Source of the DNA: a bacterium
GTDB taxonomy: Bacteria; Hinthialibacterota; Hinthialibacteria; Hinthialibacterales; Hinthialibacteraceae
NCBI GenBank assembly: GCA_963663405.2
Contig: CAXXSM010000091.1
Coordinates: 1-64,000 of the forward strand
Length of the DNA: 64,000 bases
Direction: 5' to 3'
Position numbers and translations under genes: made by a program. Positions 1-9,564 of this stretch are shown piece by piece (within the stretch, counting starts at the first letter, position 1; the number at the start of each line of letters is the position of its first letter). The notes under the pieces were generated by a model. The model was given only the letters and a program-made list of their open reading frames with translations, had not been told where the DNA came from and made no database searches.

Positions 1-63
1 ATCTAACGATGATCAGATTAGGCGGATATTTGATACATGGCGTGAAAGAATATAGTTAAACCT

Positions 64-2868
64 TCATTCCTCCCCGCCTATAGCGAAGAGAACCAGTCCT
101 TCATCTTCTTCAAAGCCAGGTAACTTAGCGTATTTGGGATGTTGCTTTCCTCCCGTTAATTGAGGGATTTCATTCATCAGGTATGCGCCCAGTTCCTGTG
201 AGGTGATCACTCCGTCATTCGGACCTGTATCGGCGGCCCCTTTTTGAAGAGCCTCAATCAAGGCGCCGGTGAAAAAACTATGCCCCCCCGGCCCCCCGTC
301 GAGCACTTTCTCATCTTGTTCCCCGGCGGTGATCACTTCAACCGCGAATTCATCGGCCAGTTCAAGGAAATCCGCCGTGGCGGCGTCATCTCCCCCGAAT
401 TCCTCGAATCCCCCGCTTCGATCCACAAGCAACAAACCGGAATAGCAGGAATCAAAAATCAAAAGTATATGTTTCGCTTGAAAGTATTCATCGATTTGAT
501 CGCTGATATCCCTCATGCTAAGCCATGTGCGGCGCTCGTCAGCGGAAGGTGTCTTAGACGCGCTAAGCGCCCCATCAACGGGAATGATATATCCTGTTTT
601 CTTACCAGAGCGTGTCGAGGTCGAGTGGCCATGTCCCGCAAAAAAGATGATAACGCGGCTGTTTTTTTCTGCCCTGGAAACCTTTTGAAACGCGTCTAGG
701 ATCCCCTCCCGGTTTGCGTCATTATCAAAGACAGAGAATACATTTTCTTTCGGAAACTTATAATACTCGATCAAAAGTTCCTGTATCCCCTCCGCGTCAT
801 GCGCCGCGTTGTTTAATTTGGGCCAGTATTGATAGTCGTTGATTCCAACGATCATGGCGTAGTTATTCCCATAGAACATTGAATCAGATAAAGCCTGTTG
901 AACGCGAAGACTAAAAGGAATTTCGGTGATATTATTAAAATAATCCACAACTTGGATGAGAATCGTATTATCACCCGCCTGAAGGGTAAAACGTTGATCG
1001 AAATAGATATCATGCCCTGTCTTTTCCAAGCCGGCTTCTTCTAAATGAGAGGGGGAAGCGGGAACCATATATTCCACGGTCTGGTTATTCAAGCGCACAT
1101 CTTTAATCCCAGTGTCGTCCTGGGCCAGACCACGCACCAATCCACGGTTCGCGCTGGTCAATTGAATTTCAATCGGAATTCCCTGTCCACGTGTAATTAG
1201 CATTTGATCTTCTGTTACTTCAGGCCGGAGAAAATAGACATCGGGTTTCGTCGATTCAGGTTCCGGTTCTTTCAATGTGACCGGATACTCCTTTGAACCG
1301 AGTATATTCCCATTCCGATCGAACAACACAATCGGAATTTGATCGATATCCCGGACCAACACACTGGCTTTAAATGTATAGATCAGCGTACCGCCAAGAT
1401 CGACAGGTTTTGGAACTTTCGCTTCAAATCCATTCGCTTCGATTTTATCGATTTCGTCCTTGGCGATGGTTACAACACCTTCAATATCAAGATACTCCTG
1501 TGTGGCTTCATACGGAGATCCAGCGATGGAGGATTCAAGTTCTTCCGGCACGGTGATTGTAATTTTCACCGCCGGATTCGTTCCAGCTTGGGCAATGAGA
1601 ACCGGCGGTGAAGAATGTGGCGCTTCATCCGTTTTTACCGCATCCTCCGGAAGAGCGGCGATAATCTGTGTGGATGGTATATCATCGTAAGAAGAGTACT
1701 CCCACTCATCCTCCATAATCTGAATTTGTGTACTGAATTGATTCTCCAAGGAACCAGCAGGATACCCACGTAACGTTGAATTGGATTCCCACCCCTCTAG
1801 CGCCCGGTCAACAACATCCGGCGCGCCGTCCGGAATACGCACAGAGATACGGCCATCCCGATCCCCGATCCATATTCGATTGTATCGGTCGGACGCGACA
1901 GCGATCGCTCGATTGCTGACAAGGCCTTTTTTTGTATTTCTTTGTGTGACTTTTGTCCATTTGGAACCATTAAAGATCGAAACACCTTGATCCTGTCCAC
2001 CCCAGGAGCTCCATAGTTTCCCCTCCTCATCGATCGCCATGCTGGAAATAATATATTTCTTGATAGGCGCGCGCTCGAACGTCCAACGCTCTCCATCGTA
2101 AATTGAGATTCCGCCTTTTGTGGAACAATAGACACGGTTGTCTTTGCCATGAACAATACTGTAAATATAATCTTCATGGCTGTTTCTTCCCTGCAGAACG
2201 CGTTTAAACAAATTAGAGTCCTTGCGTTCCCAGGACCACCACTGATCATCATAGTAGACATTCACTCCACGCCAAAAACCGCACCAGACACGGCCATAAG
2301 GCCCAACGGCAATCTCACGGGCGTCGTTCTGCGCAATACCATCGTCCGTTGTATAGGTGGTCCACTGGCCTTCATCAAAAATCGCAACGCCTTTTTCAGT
2401 TCCGGCCCAGACACGGCCCTGTGGATCGGCGCAAAGAGTGTAAACTTCATCGGAAGGGAGTTCGCATGTCCCTTGCGAGAACGACGCGAAACGGACCTCA
2501 TTCATGACGGTGATTCCCTTCCCTTCCAAACCTCTTGTTTTATCCCAGCACGCGAACCAAACGCGGCCCCGCCGATCAACCGCGATATCGCGGACGATTT
2601 CCCCCGCCAGTTGGATGGATTTATCCTCTTCATTCACAACTTTTTCAACGCGCAGGAATAGTTCCCGGTCCACATCGTATCGCAACGCGCCCTTCTCCCC
2701 TCCGATCCAGACGCTATTTTCGCCAGCGCTCATGCACTTGATACGTCCCCCATAATCAAACTGCCGCCAATGTTCCGCACGAGCTGGTATCCCCAATACA
2801 GAGACTCCAAACAGAACTGATATAAATAGTCTTAAACATAAAGATGGAAACTGATTTCGCGCATTCAT
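64..2868 (-). CDS. Secreted multidomain protein: N-terminal two-component-regulator-type beta-propeller, Ig-like domains, C-terminal caspase/peptidase C14 domain
   Basis: Signal peptide (..GIPARA|E). Repeated D-x-x-G-R-V-W propeller blades. The C14 domain starts YAMIVGINDY and has the catalytic dyad motifs FFAGHG and IFDSCYSG, plus HSFFTGAL and QHP. Confidence 0.85.
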   Translation of the reverse strand: MNARNQFPSLCLRLFISVLFGVSVLGIPARAEHWRQFDYGGRIKCMSAGENSVWIGGEKGALRYDVDRELFLRVEKVVNEEDKSIQLAGEIVRDIAVDRRGRVWFACWDKTRGLEGKGITVMNEVRFASFSQGTCELPSDEVYTLCADPQGRVWAGTEKGVAIFDEGQWTTYTTDDGIAQNDAREIAVGPYGRVWCGFWRGVNVYYDDQWWSWERKDSNLFKRVLQGRNSHEDYIYSIVHGKDNRVYCSTKGGISIYDGERWTFERAPIKKYIISSMAIDEEGKLWSSWGGQDQGVSIFNGSKWTKVTQRNTKKGLVSNRAIAVASDRYNRIWIGDRDGRISVRIPDGAPDVVDRALEGWESNSTLRGYPAGSLENQFSTQIQIMEDEWEYSSYDDIPSTQIIAALPEDAVKTDEAPHSSPPVLIAQAGTNPAVKITITVPEELESSIAGSPYEATQEYLDIEGVVTIAKDEIDKIEANGFEAKVPKPVDLGGTLIYTFKASVLVRDIDQIPIVLFDRNGNILGSKEYPVTLKEPEPESTKPDVYFLRPEVTEDQMLITRGQGIPIEIQLTSANRGLVRGLAQDDTGIKDVRLNNQTVEYMVPASPSHLEEAGLEKTGHDIYFDQRFTLQAGDNTILIQVVDYFNNITEIPFSLRVQQALSDSMFYGNNYAMIVGINDYQYWPKLNNAAHDAEGIQELLIEYYKFPKENVFSVFDNDANREGILDAFQKVSRAEKNSRVIIFFAGHGHSTSTRSGKKTGYIIPVDGALSASKTPSADERRTWLSMRDISDQIDEYFQAKHILLIFDSCYSGLLLVDRSGGFEEFGGDDAATADFLELADEFAVEVITAGEQDEKVLDGGPGGHSFFTGALIEALQKGAADTGPNDGVITSQELGAYLMNEIPQLTGGKQHPKYAKLPGFEEDEGLVLFAIGGEE

Positions 2869-2916
2869 GATGACTTCTCCACATACTCCAAATCCGTAGA
2901 CTGCAAAAGCGTATAT

Positions 2917-4164
2917 TTAAAATCGGTATTCCAATCCGAAGGTGGGTATGAAATCCGTCCGCAATCCATCGTCATCCAATGGGATACGGACGCCTCCCTG
3001 CATGTAGAATCGATCCGTTAATTTCACGCGAGCCGCTACGCCTAGATCATTCGTCGTGGCGAAATTCGAATGAGAGTAGAGCCATTCCACACTCATAGTC
3101 CATCGCTCTTCAAACAGCATTACCGGCAAACCACACCGGAGTTCAAACGCGTCAAAATCACTGTCCTTGATACCAGTTGACGCAGAAACCAGTTGATATT
3201 GTCCATGAACATCCGTTGGTTCAATAATGTTAATCGCATTGCGAGCGTCTACTCCAGCAAAATTATAGGCCACTTCAACGACTGGATAACAAGGCCCGAA
3301 TCGCTTTCCCACAGCGCTGCGAATACGGTAGCCTAGATCCCCCGTACCGAGGAGTTTATCCTGGTTTCCATTATCGAGTTTGAAATCCAATCCCAGCGTC
3401 CATCCAAACAGATTATCTAGATCCTCTACTTCCATCACTTGATATTTCAGCCGTAAGAAAATATCCGCGATATCGGTTATGGATTTCTTAAAATCCGTAT
3501 ATCGAATGTCAGTGACGCCAATTCGGTAATCACCGGTTCCTTCCCCTTCCAGATGGACTAAAGGAACGATAATTCCCAAATCAAGCCGCTCTGTGAGTCC
3601 ATAGACCAAGGAAAGACTTGTAATCTCACCCGTCAAATCATAGGAACCATCCCATACTTTATCGCCTTTCTTGAAAAAAAGGCCGTCTTCCTCATAAACA
3701 AAGTCAAAAATATCATCCAGTTCCACCCCATGAATGGTCTGAAAATCAAGGAAAGCTGTATTAACGCCAAACGAGAAATTACCGGCGCCATTCGTCCAAG
3801 GAGGTTCAATGAAATAGGTCCCTAAATTCCCTGAAATGTAGAACATTCGATCCCGGCCAAAGAAGTACTGGGTCCCTGCGGCAGAGATAGCAAGATTAGC
3901 GATTTCATTGGCGGCCGCGGCCTGGACCGCGCTCCCCGCCGTTCCCAGTTTCAACAAGATATCTGGGCTTGTTATTATTCCAACCGATTCATCATCAACG
4001 GAAATAGAATCAGGATTGTAATATCCCAAAACCGAAGGAAAATCATATAACGTAAAATCAAAACTAGGCTTATCCTGCGCGGTAACGGAAGAAGGCAGGC
4101 CGAACGTAAGAACCACTATCCTCAAAATTAAATTAATAGATGAACTCGAGTGAATGTTTTTCAT
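2917..4164 (-). CDS. Outer-membrane beta-barrel protein (transporter / MetA-pathway-like family)
   Basis: Signal peptide, alternating amphipathic strands, YGLTERLDLGIIVP and D-x-x-L-x-x-K-Y motifs, LLGTG, C-terminal GLEYRF BAM signal. Confidence 0.7.
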   Translation of the reverse strand: MKNIHSSSSINLILRIVVLTFGLPSSVTAQDKPSFDFTLYDFPSVLGYYNPDSISVDDESVGIITSPDILLKLGTAGSAVQAAAANEIANLAISAAGTQYFFGRDRMFYISGNLGTYFIEPPWTNGAGNFSFGVNTAFLDFQTIHGVELDDIFDFVYEEDGLFFKKGDKVWDGSYDLTGEITSLSLVYGLTERLDLGIIVPLVHLEGEGTGDYRIGVTDIRYTDFKKSITDIADIFLRLKYQVMEVEDLDNLFGWTLGLDFKLDNGNQDKLLGTGDLGYRIRSAVGKRFGPCYPVVEVAYNFAGVDARNAINIIEPTDVHGQYQLVSASTGIKDSDFDAFELRCGLPVMLFEERWTMSVEWLYSHSNFATTNDLGVAARVKLTDRFYMQGGVRIPLDDDGLRTDFIPTFGLEYRF

Positions 4165-4428
4165 CGGATAAACCAGTATCTCAAATCCGCAGAAAGAAAG
4201 AGAACGTCTATAAGAACGCCAGCGCCCTAATGACGGCTTCGTTTTTTTCTTTTCGTTCTTTCTTTGCTACAAAAAAAATTAATAATCCTAAATTGTTAAT
4301 TGATTATCAATCGCATCGCGCACACTCAATTGTACACAATAATTCCCACGATTACAATTCAGTTTGTAAAGAAAAACATAGTGAGGAGGATTCGTTGAAC
4401 GAGTGAGTTTATGAAAGGTTTGAGAACA

Positions 4429-5220
4429 TCACGATTCAATAGAGGCGGCGCCGATTTTAACGGGACTTGTATGGGCGCAGGGAATCCCCGCCACGCATTT
4501 GCCGCAAACATCGGTTAATGGAAGATCTGGATAGACCCGGTCATTTTCGAGACAAACCTCATAACATCGGCGCCGGTCAAAGCCATCTACAGTCAGCGCG
4601 CTCACAGGGCAGCGTTCGACACATTGGACACATGAACCGTCATTCTTATACCGGCAAAATTCCACATCGCTTCTTGGCGTCGGTTCGAGTTCGATCTCCG
4701 AAACGAGACTGCCGACACGGCCGCAGCATCCCTGCTGCGTGATTAACATATTATTCAAACCGAACGTTCCCAAACCAGCGATATAAGCGATGTGCCGGTG
4801 CGACCAGTCACTGATCAGTTTCTCTTCATCGAAGTTATGGGTGGCTGGAAAAATGAAGGTTGAGTATCCCTGCTCTTCCAAAAGGATCTTGAAATCCTCT
4901 GAGATTCTTTTGATCAATTCATTCGTCTCCACATATGCGACGGCCCATTCACGGGAGGCGTTGATACCACGGATGTTGGTCTTGGAGAGAGTATTCTTAA
5001 AAGGAAGAAAAAAAGCGAGAACGGATTTGGCATCCGGCAGAAAATCATGTGGATGAGCGTGACTAGGGCTGACTACATGCTTCAATTCACGAAACAGAGG
5101 ATCATCAACCCGCGCTACACCGAGTAATGGTTCCCGCCAATCCGTTTGAGGACTTCTTTCACGGCGACAATTCTCAATGGATTGACAAACTGATTGGTAT
5201 AGTTGATTGTGTGTTATCAT
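4429..5220 (-). CDS. Epoxyqueuosine-reductase-like 4Fe-4S protein
   Basis: WSHRHIAYIAGLGTFGLNNMLIT and two Cys clusters (CxxCVERCP; CYEVC..CGKCV..PC) typical of QueG-like proteins. Confidence 0.75.
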   Translation of the reverse strand: MITHNQLYQSVCQSIENCRRERSPQTDWREPLLGVARVDDPLFRELKHVVSPSHAHPHDFLPDAKSVLAFFLPFKNTLSKTNIRGINASREWAVAYVETNELIKRISEDFKILLEEQGYSTFIFPATHNFDEEKLISDWSHRHIAYIAGLGTFGLNNMLITQQGCCGRVGSLVSEIELEPTPRSDVEFCRYKNDGSCVQCVERCPVSALTVDGFDRRRCYEVCLENDRVYPDLPLTDVCGKCVAGIPCAHTSPVKIGAASIES

Positions 5221-5326
5221 TGGAGGGATATCGGTATGTTATTTTGTTATTTTACATAAAGCATGGAATCCGGCGATCCACCCTTTCAGGCGATATGAGT
5301 GGATTGATCCACAAAAAGGCGCTTCT

Positions 5327-6361
5327 TCAGATGATCTTTTCCTGTTTCAAGTATTGACGAAGCGTTTCTTTTGGAAGCGTATTCGTACTCGTGATAAATC
5401 CGCCGAAATTGATAAGGCGTTCGAGTTTATATTCACCGATACGATGAGGTGGCACGATCACGGCCATATCATCATCCACCATAAATGTGCGTTCTTCTTC
5501 CGAAGGTGAGAGAAGATCTTCATCCAATTTTTCCCCCGGAGCCGTCCCCGTGATTTTCAACTCAATCTCTTCAGGCCGGAAACCGTGTTTGGGCGCGAGT
5601 TCTTCAATCAAGATTTCCGCGAGATGCCGGATAGCGATCGATTTCATACGCAGCACGTAAATCTCTCCCCCCGTCGCATGCGCAAGGGCTTTCAAAACCA
5701 GGGACACAGCGCTCCGTATAGACATAAAGAAACGGCGCATTTCCGGATTCGTCAACGTCACAGGACCACCGTCTTTAATCTGATTGCGCCAAAGCGGAAT
5801 CACCGAACCACGTGAATCCAACACATTGCCGAATCGAACCGAAAAGAGCGTCTTGTGCGGTTCCCGCCGGTAGAACGATCCCCACGTCACCAGCCGTTCA
5901 GCAAGCAATTTCGTCGCGCCCATCGTCGATGTGACATTGACTGCTTTATCCGTGCTGATCGAGACCATGCGTTCGGCGGTTGGCGTTTCGAGCGTAGCGG
6001 TAATCACGTTTTGTGTGCCGAGAACATTGGTTTGAATGGCTTCAGGAGGATCGTATTCCGTCGCTTCTACCCGCTTGAGCGCGGCGGTATGAAAGACAAC
6101 ATGCACTCCCTCAAACGCGCGCTTGAGACGGGCTAAATCCCGCACATCTCCCAAGAGATAACGGATAAAATCATACTCTTTAAACTTATAGCGCAGCAAA
6201 GATTGTTTGTATTCATCGCGGCTGAAGATACGAATCAATTTAGGTTGAAAGGGAATAATCTGACGGACGATTTCACTGCCAATCGTTCCCGTGCCGCCGG
6301 TGACGAGAACGATTTTATCTTGGAAAAGGGATCGCAGCCGATCCGATACGGTGTTATTCAT
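5327..6361 (-). CDS. Polysaccharide biosynthesis SDR (UDP-GlcNAc 4,6-dehydratase, CapD/PseB/FnlA-like)
   Basis: TGGTGTIG, FSRDEYKQ, GDVRD, HTAALKRV, STDKAV, MGATK, RFGNVLDSRGSVIP, GEKL. The ATG at 6361 overlaps the tatC stop. Confidence 0.9.
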   Translation of the reverse strand: MNNTVSDRLRSLFQDKIVLVTGGTGTIGSEIVRQIIPFQPKLIRIFSRDEYKQSLLRYKFKEYDFIRYLLGDVRDLARLKRAFEGVHVVFHTAALKRVEATEYDPPEAIQTNVLGTQNVITATLETPTAERMVSISTDKAVNVTSTMGATKLLAERLVTWGSFYRREPHKTLFSVRFGNVLDSRGSVIPLWRNQIKDGGPVTLTNPEMRRFFMSIRSAVSLVLKALAHATGGEIYVLRMKSIAIRHLAEILIEELAPKHGFRPEEIELKITGTAPGEKLDEDLLSPSEEERTFMVDDDMAVIVPPHRIGEYKLERLINFGGFITSTNTLPKETLRQYLKQEKII

Positions 6362-7374
6362 TAGCCGCCTGTTTCCGTTCGATGATTCCAACAATGACTA
6401 ATGACACTTCGTACAACACTAAAAGCGGCGCCGCGCACATGATCTGACTCAATGGATCAGGCGGCGTGATTAGAGCCGCCAAAGCGAACATGGCTACGAT
6501 AGCATACGGACGGAACTTCGACAAACCTTCCCGCGTCACAAGACCGGCTTTAGCCAACAGAAAAATGACGACCGGCTCTTCAAATACAATACCAAACGCT
6601 AAAAGAAATCGGATCATGAATGTCAGATATTCACTCACGCGCCACATATTGGCGGCGATCCCCATCGCCATGCTCGCGAAGAACGAGAGGGCAAACCGGA
6701 AAACAACAAAATAACAGAATAAACCACCCGTCACAAAACAGATCCAAGACGTAATCACAACAGGGAGAACAAGATTTTTCTCGTTTATACAAACCAGGCG
6801 CAATGAACATCCAAGCCTGATAAAAAATGAATGGAAACGCAAGAAACAATCCTGCGACCATCGCGACTTTCAACAACGTGATGATCATCTCTACCGGTGA
6901 AGCGACAATGGGAACTACACTTTCTCCATCTTTTGAAAAAATGGATATTTTTGAAATGAATTCTTTGATGATTATCGATGAGGTAGCGTTCTTTGGAGAC
7001 TCCAACGCCGTCGCGCTCGCAGGCGATTCACTGGCTCCCTGACCAGCGTTATTTTGCGCCAACAATTCAGCGATCACATTCTCTAAATCTTGCTGAGTAA
7101 GATCCTGCGCTTTCTGAGGGATACAGTCTAAGAGAATACCAACTAGCCGGTCGGAAAAAATAAAACATAATACACAGGCGATCGCGAATGCGATCAGCGC
7201 CCGAATCAAACGCCCGCGCAACTCGACGAGGTGCTCTAAAAACGTCATGGAACCACCGAGTTCCTCTTCCTCGTCGTGTTCATCTTCCTTTTTTTCCTCT
7301 TGACGCTTAATAACTTTATCGTCAACAGGTGTTAATTGCGTATCCTTCTTGTTCTCGTTTGTATCCGCGTTCAT
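6354..7374 (-). CDS. tatC: Twin-arginine translocase subunit TatC, split by an apparent frameshift near 6775
   Basis: MTFLEHLVELRGRL, YQAWMFIAPGLY, FGIVFEEP, AALITPPDPLSQ, LYEVS. The two ORFs (6631..7374 and 6354..6842) join at an A-run. Confidence 0.93.
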
Positions 7375-7469
7375 GAAAGAATATTCCTGCTCGTTCGCTT
7401 CTCATTCGTGATGGGAATCAAGGGTGATGTTGGTTTTACTCAGTAATTCGACGCGGCTGGATCGATAAA

Positions 7470-7928
7470 TCAATCCTGCATCTCCCGGTTATACCGGGCC
7501 GCGTCATCCGTTTTTTCCGGTTCGTCAATAACCGGTTGAGGCTCCGCTCTAGATTCAATGGAATCCTCTTTCACAGCGGTATCGCTGGAATCGCCGCCAC
7601 TGGATTCCTCCCAATCCTGAACGTACCCATATTCATCGTAATGATAGCCGTCGGCTGAATCAGACTCGCTCCCATCCTTTCCGGAGCCGTCCGAGCCCTC
7701 ACCCGTGGAATCGGCGTAAGTCGTTGAAGTTGAATATTTCTTCTTCGAATCTAGTTCCATTTCCCATTCGTTCAAATCCAGTTGCTTTTTCAACTCCTGG
7801 CTGGCTTCATTGAACATGCGCATCGCTTTTGCGATGTACCGGGCCAGTTCGGGAAGACGGCTCGGCCCAAAAGCGATTAACGCGATTCCCAAAATCACCA
7901 ATATTTCAGTCGTTCCCAAAATGCCCAT
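7470..7928 (-). CDS. tatB: TatA/TatB family translocase subunit with a long acidic C-terminal tail
   Basis: GTTEILVILGIALIAFGPSRLPELAR motif, directly upstream of tatC. The tatA versus tatB assignment is uncertain. Confidence 0.8.
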   Translation of the reverse strand: MGILGTTEILVILGIALIAFGPSRLPELARYIAKAMRMFNEASQELKKQLDLNEWEMELDSKKKYSTSTTYADSTGEGSDGSGKDGSESDSADGYHYDEYGYVQDWEESSGGDSSDTAVKEDSIESRAEPQPVIDEPEKTDDAARYNREMQD

Positions 7929-8174
7929 AGGAAATGAACCTTCTGTGTTTGGATTAAAAAACGCTTCTAGGAGCCGATCATCGCCTGCCAAAGAAAAAAT
8001 AATGAAGCGAAATGATGACCGGCATATAACGTGGGCGGGCGGGTGAGGCCAACATCCCCAAGATGTGAAATAATAGTATACAATATTCCCACCCCGTTGT
8101 CGAGTGTTTCCAGGAATTTATACGGAAGCTGAAGAGAATGGGTAATACACAATCCACATTTGACCTTCAACCTA

Positions 8175-9515
8175 TTATTGTTTCACTTCAACAAGATAAA
8201 TCATCGATGGAGGGGTGGGATTCTCTGGTTTGCGGTCGCGGTTCGGACGCGCTGTTTTTTGACTCATGTAATGGATCTGTCCGTCGGGAAGAGAGCCAAT
8301 ATTCACCGCGCGAACATTGGGGACACCGCTTTGTTTTGTTGATGGTGGATGTATTTTACACATACCGGGTTTTGCGTTCAGCAACTCTTCCCGCGTTACA
8401 ATAAACCGCCCAGACTTGGGTTCCACATCATTGTTTGAATATGCGGCCTGAATCTTCCCATCGGAATCGATACTCAATCGTGGAACTGGCGGACTTTTTG
8501 GAATGGTTCCCCGCCCTTCAAACCAGAAACGCGTTTTCCAATTCGAGAGCTGAATAACCCGCCATTCACCATTCTCCGGCGTAGCGACAAAGATCTGATT
8601 ATTTCCCGCTTCGTCAAAACGGGTATATCCTATGTAGGGTGCGCCGTTCCGATCGACAACCACCGAACCACCATTCAGCAATCCATGACGCTGGGGAATC
8701 TGATCCACAATTTCCGCGTTCACCGGCCGAATCGGCAACGTGTATTCCTCCCCGTTCCACCGTTTCCAGGTCATTCCATGATCGAGACTTTTCGCGTAAC
8801 ACACATTGAAATTAGTCACCACATCGGGCGTCTGACGCCAGCACCAGGCGATGTGAAGAACGCCGGATGAATCCACCTGGATCCCACCGAATGGATAGGC
8901 GTTACAGGTAGGATCGGAATCCCGCCCCGTGATAAATGAATCACCTGTTCCGGTCCATTCCTGTGTCTCTTCTGAATAATGAACGAGAATCCGCTGACCG
9001 TCCCCACTGCCGCCGTCCCGGTACATCATATGAACCGATCCATCATTGAGCTGGATCAATGTTGGATACGTGACCCGTGTTTCGTGCTTTCCCGACCACT
9101 TGTGAATCGCTTGGAAAGTTTGAATATCACCCGGTTTTGCCGTCCGGTAATATTTCAACGGTGCGCAGTGCATATTGCCCGTAATATGAAGGTATCCTTC
9201 CCGGTCTAAAAACAGAAGAATTTTGTTATGTGTATCCCAACCGACCTTCTCGGGAAGTTTGGCGAATTCCCAGTTCGTAGAGCCCAATTTCCGTTTTGCG
9301 ACGGTCATTTGATGATCGCCGTCGTAAAAAGCTAGATACTGATACGCTCCATCCGAAATCAGACAACGGCCGCCATTCACCGGGTGGGAAGCCAATCCTT
9401 CCGCCACAGGAATTGTGCGCAGGATTTCAGAGAACAGAATTCCTGGACATAATGGAAGAAGGGCGAACAAAACAAAAAATCGTATAAAGAGTACTCGTGT
9501 AGAGAACATATTCAT
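8175..9515 (-). CDS. Secreted BNR-repeat (BNR_4-like) beta-propeller protein, possible polysaccharide lyase/hydrolase
   Basis: Signal peptide, WDTHN..DREGYLHITGNMH, VTYP, YRDGGSGDG, Asp-box YAKSLDHGMTW. Confidence 0.75.
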   Translation of the reverse strand: MNMFSTRVLFIRFFVLFALLPLCPGILFSEILRTIPVAEGLASHPVNGGRCLISDGAYQYLAFYDGDHQMTVAKRKLGSTNWEFAKLPEKVGWDTHNKILLFLDREGYLHITGNMHCAPLKYYRTAKPGDIQTFQAIHKWSGKHETRVTYPTLIQLNDGSVHMMYRDGGSGDGQRILVHYSEETQEWTGTGDSFITGRDSDPTCNAYPFGGIQVDSSGVLHIAWCWRQTPDVVTNFNVCYAKSLDHGMTWKRWNGEEYTLPIRPVNAEIVDQIPQRHGLLNGGSVVVDRNGAPYIGYTRFDEAGNNQIFVATPENGEWRVIQLSNWKTRFWFEGRGTIPKSPPVPRLSIDSDGKIQAAYSNNDVEPKSGRFIVTREELLNAKPGMCKIHPPSTKQSGVPNVRAVNIGSLPDGQIHYMSQKTARPNRDRKPENPTPPSMIYLVEVKQ

Positions 9516-9564
9516 TCAATTACTCCTCTCTAAGCGCTGTTATTTCTAAAATGGATCAATACTA

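Noticed and set aside
64-2868. Caspase as part of a gasdermin, CBASS or Avs anti-phage system
   Set aside because: It has a signal peptide, and no gasdermin, cyclase or NTPase partner is in the window. Genes left of position 1 cannot be seen.
4429-5220. Reductive dehalogenase
   Set aside because: It is short, has no Tat signal and no RdhB-like anchor gene. It fits the generic QueG-like Fe-S family.
6760-6790. Programmed frameshift or pseudogene in tatC
   Set aside because: The same indel pattern affects many unrelated genes, and a Tat substrate (58616) is present. A sequencing error is more likely.
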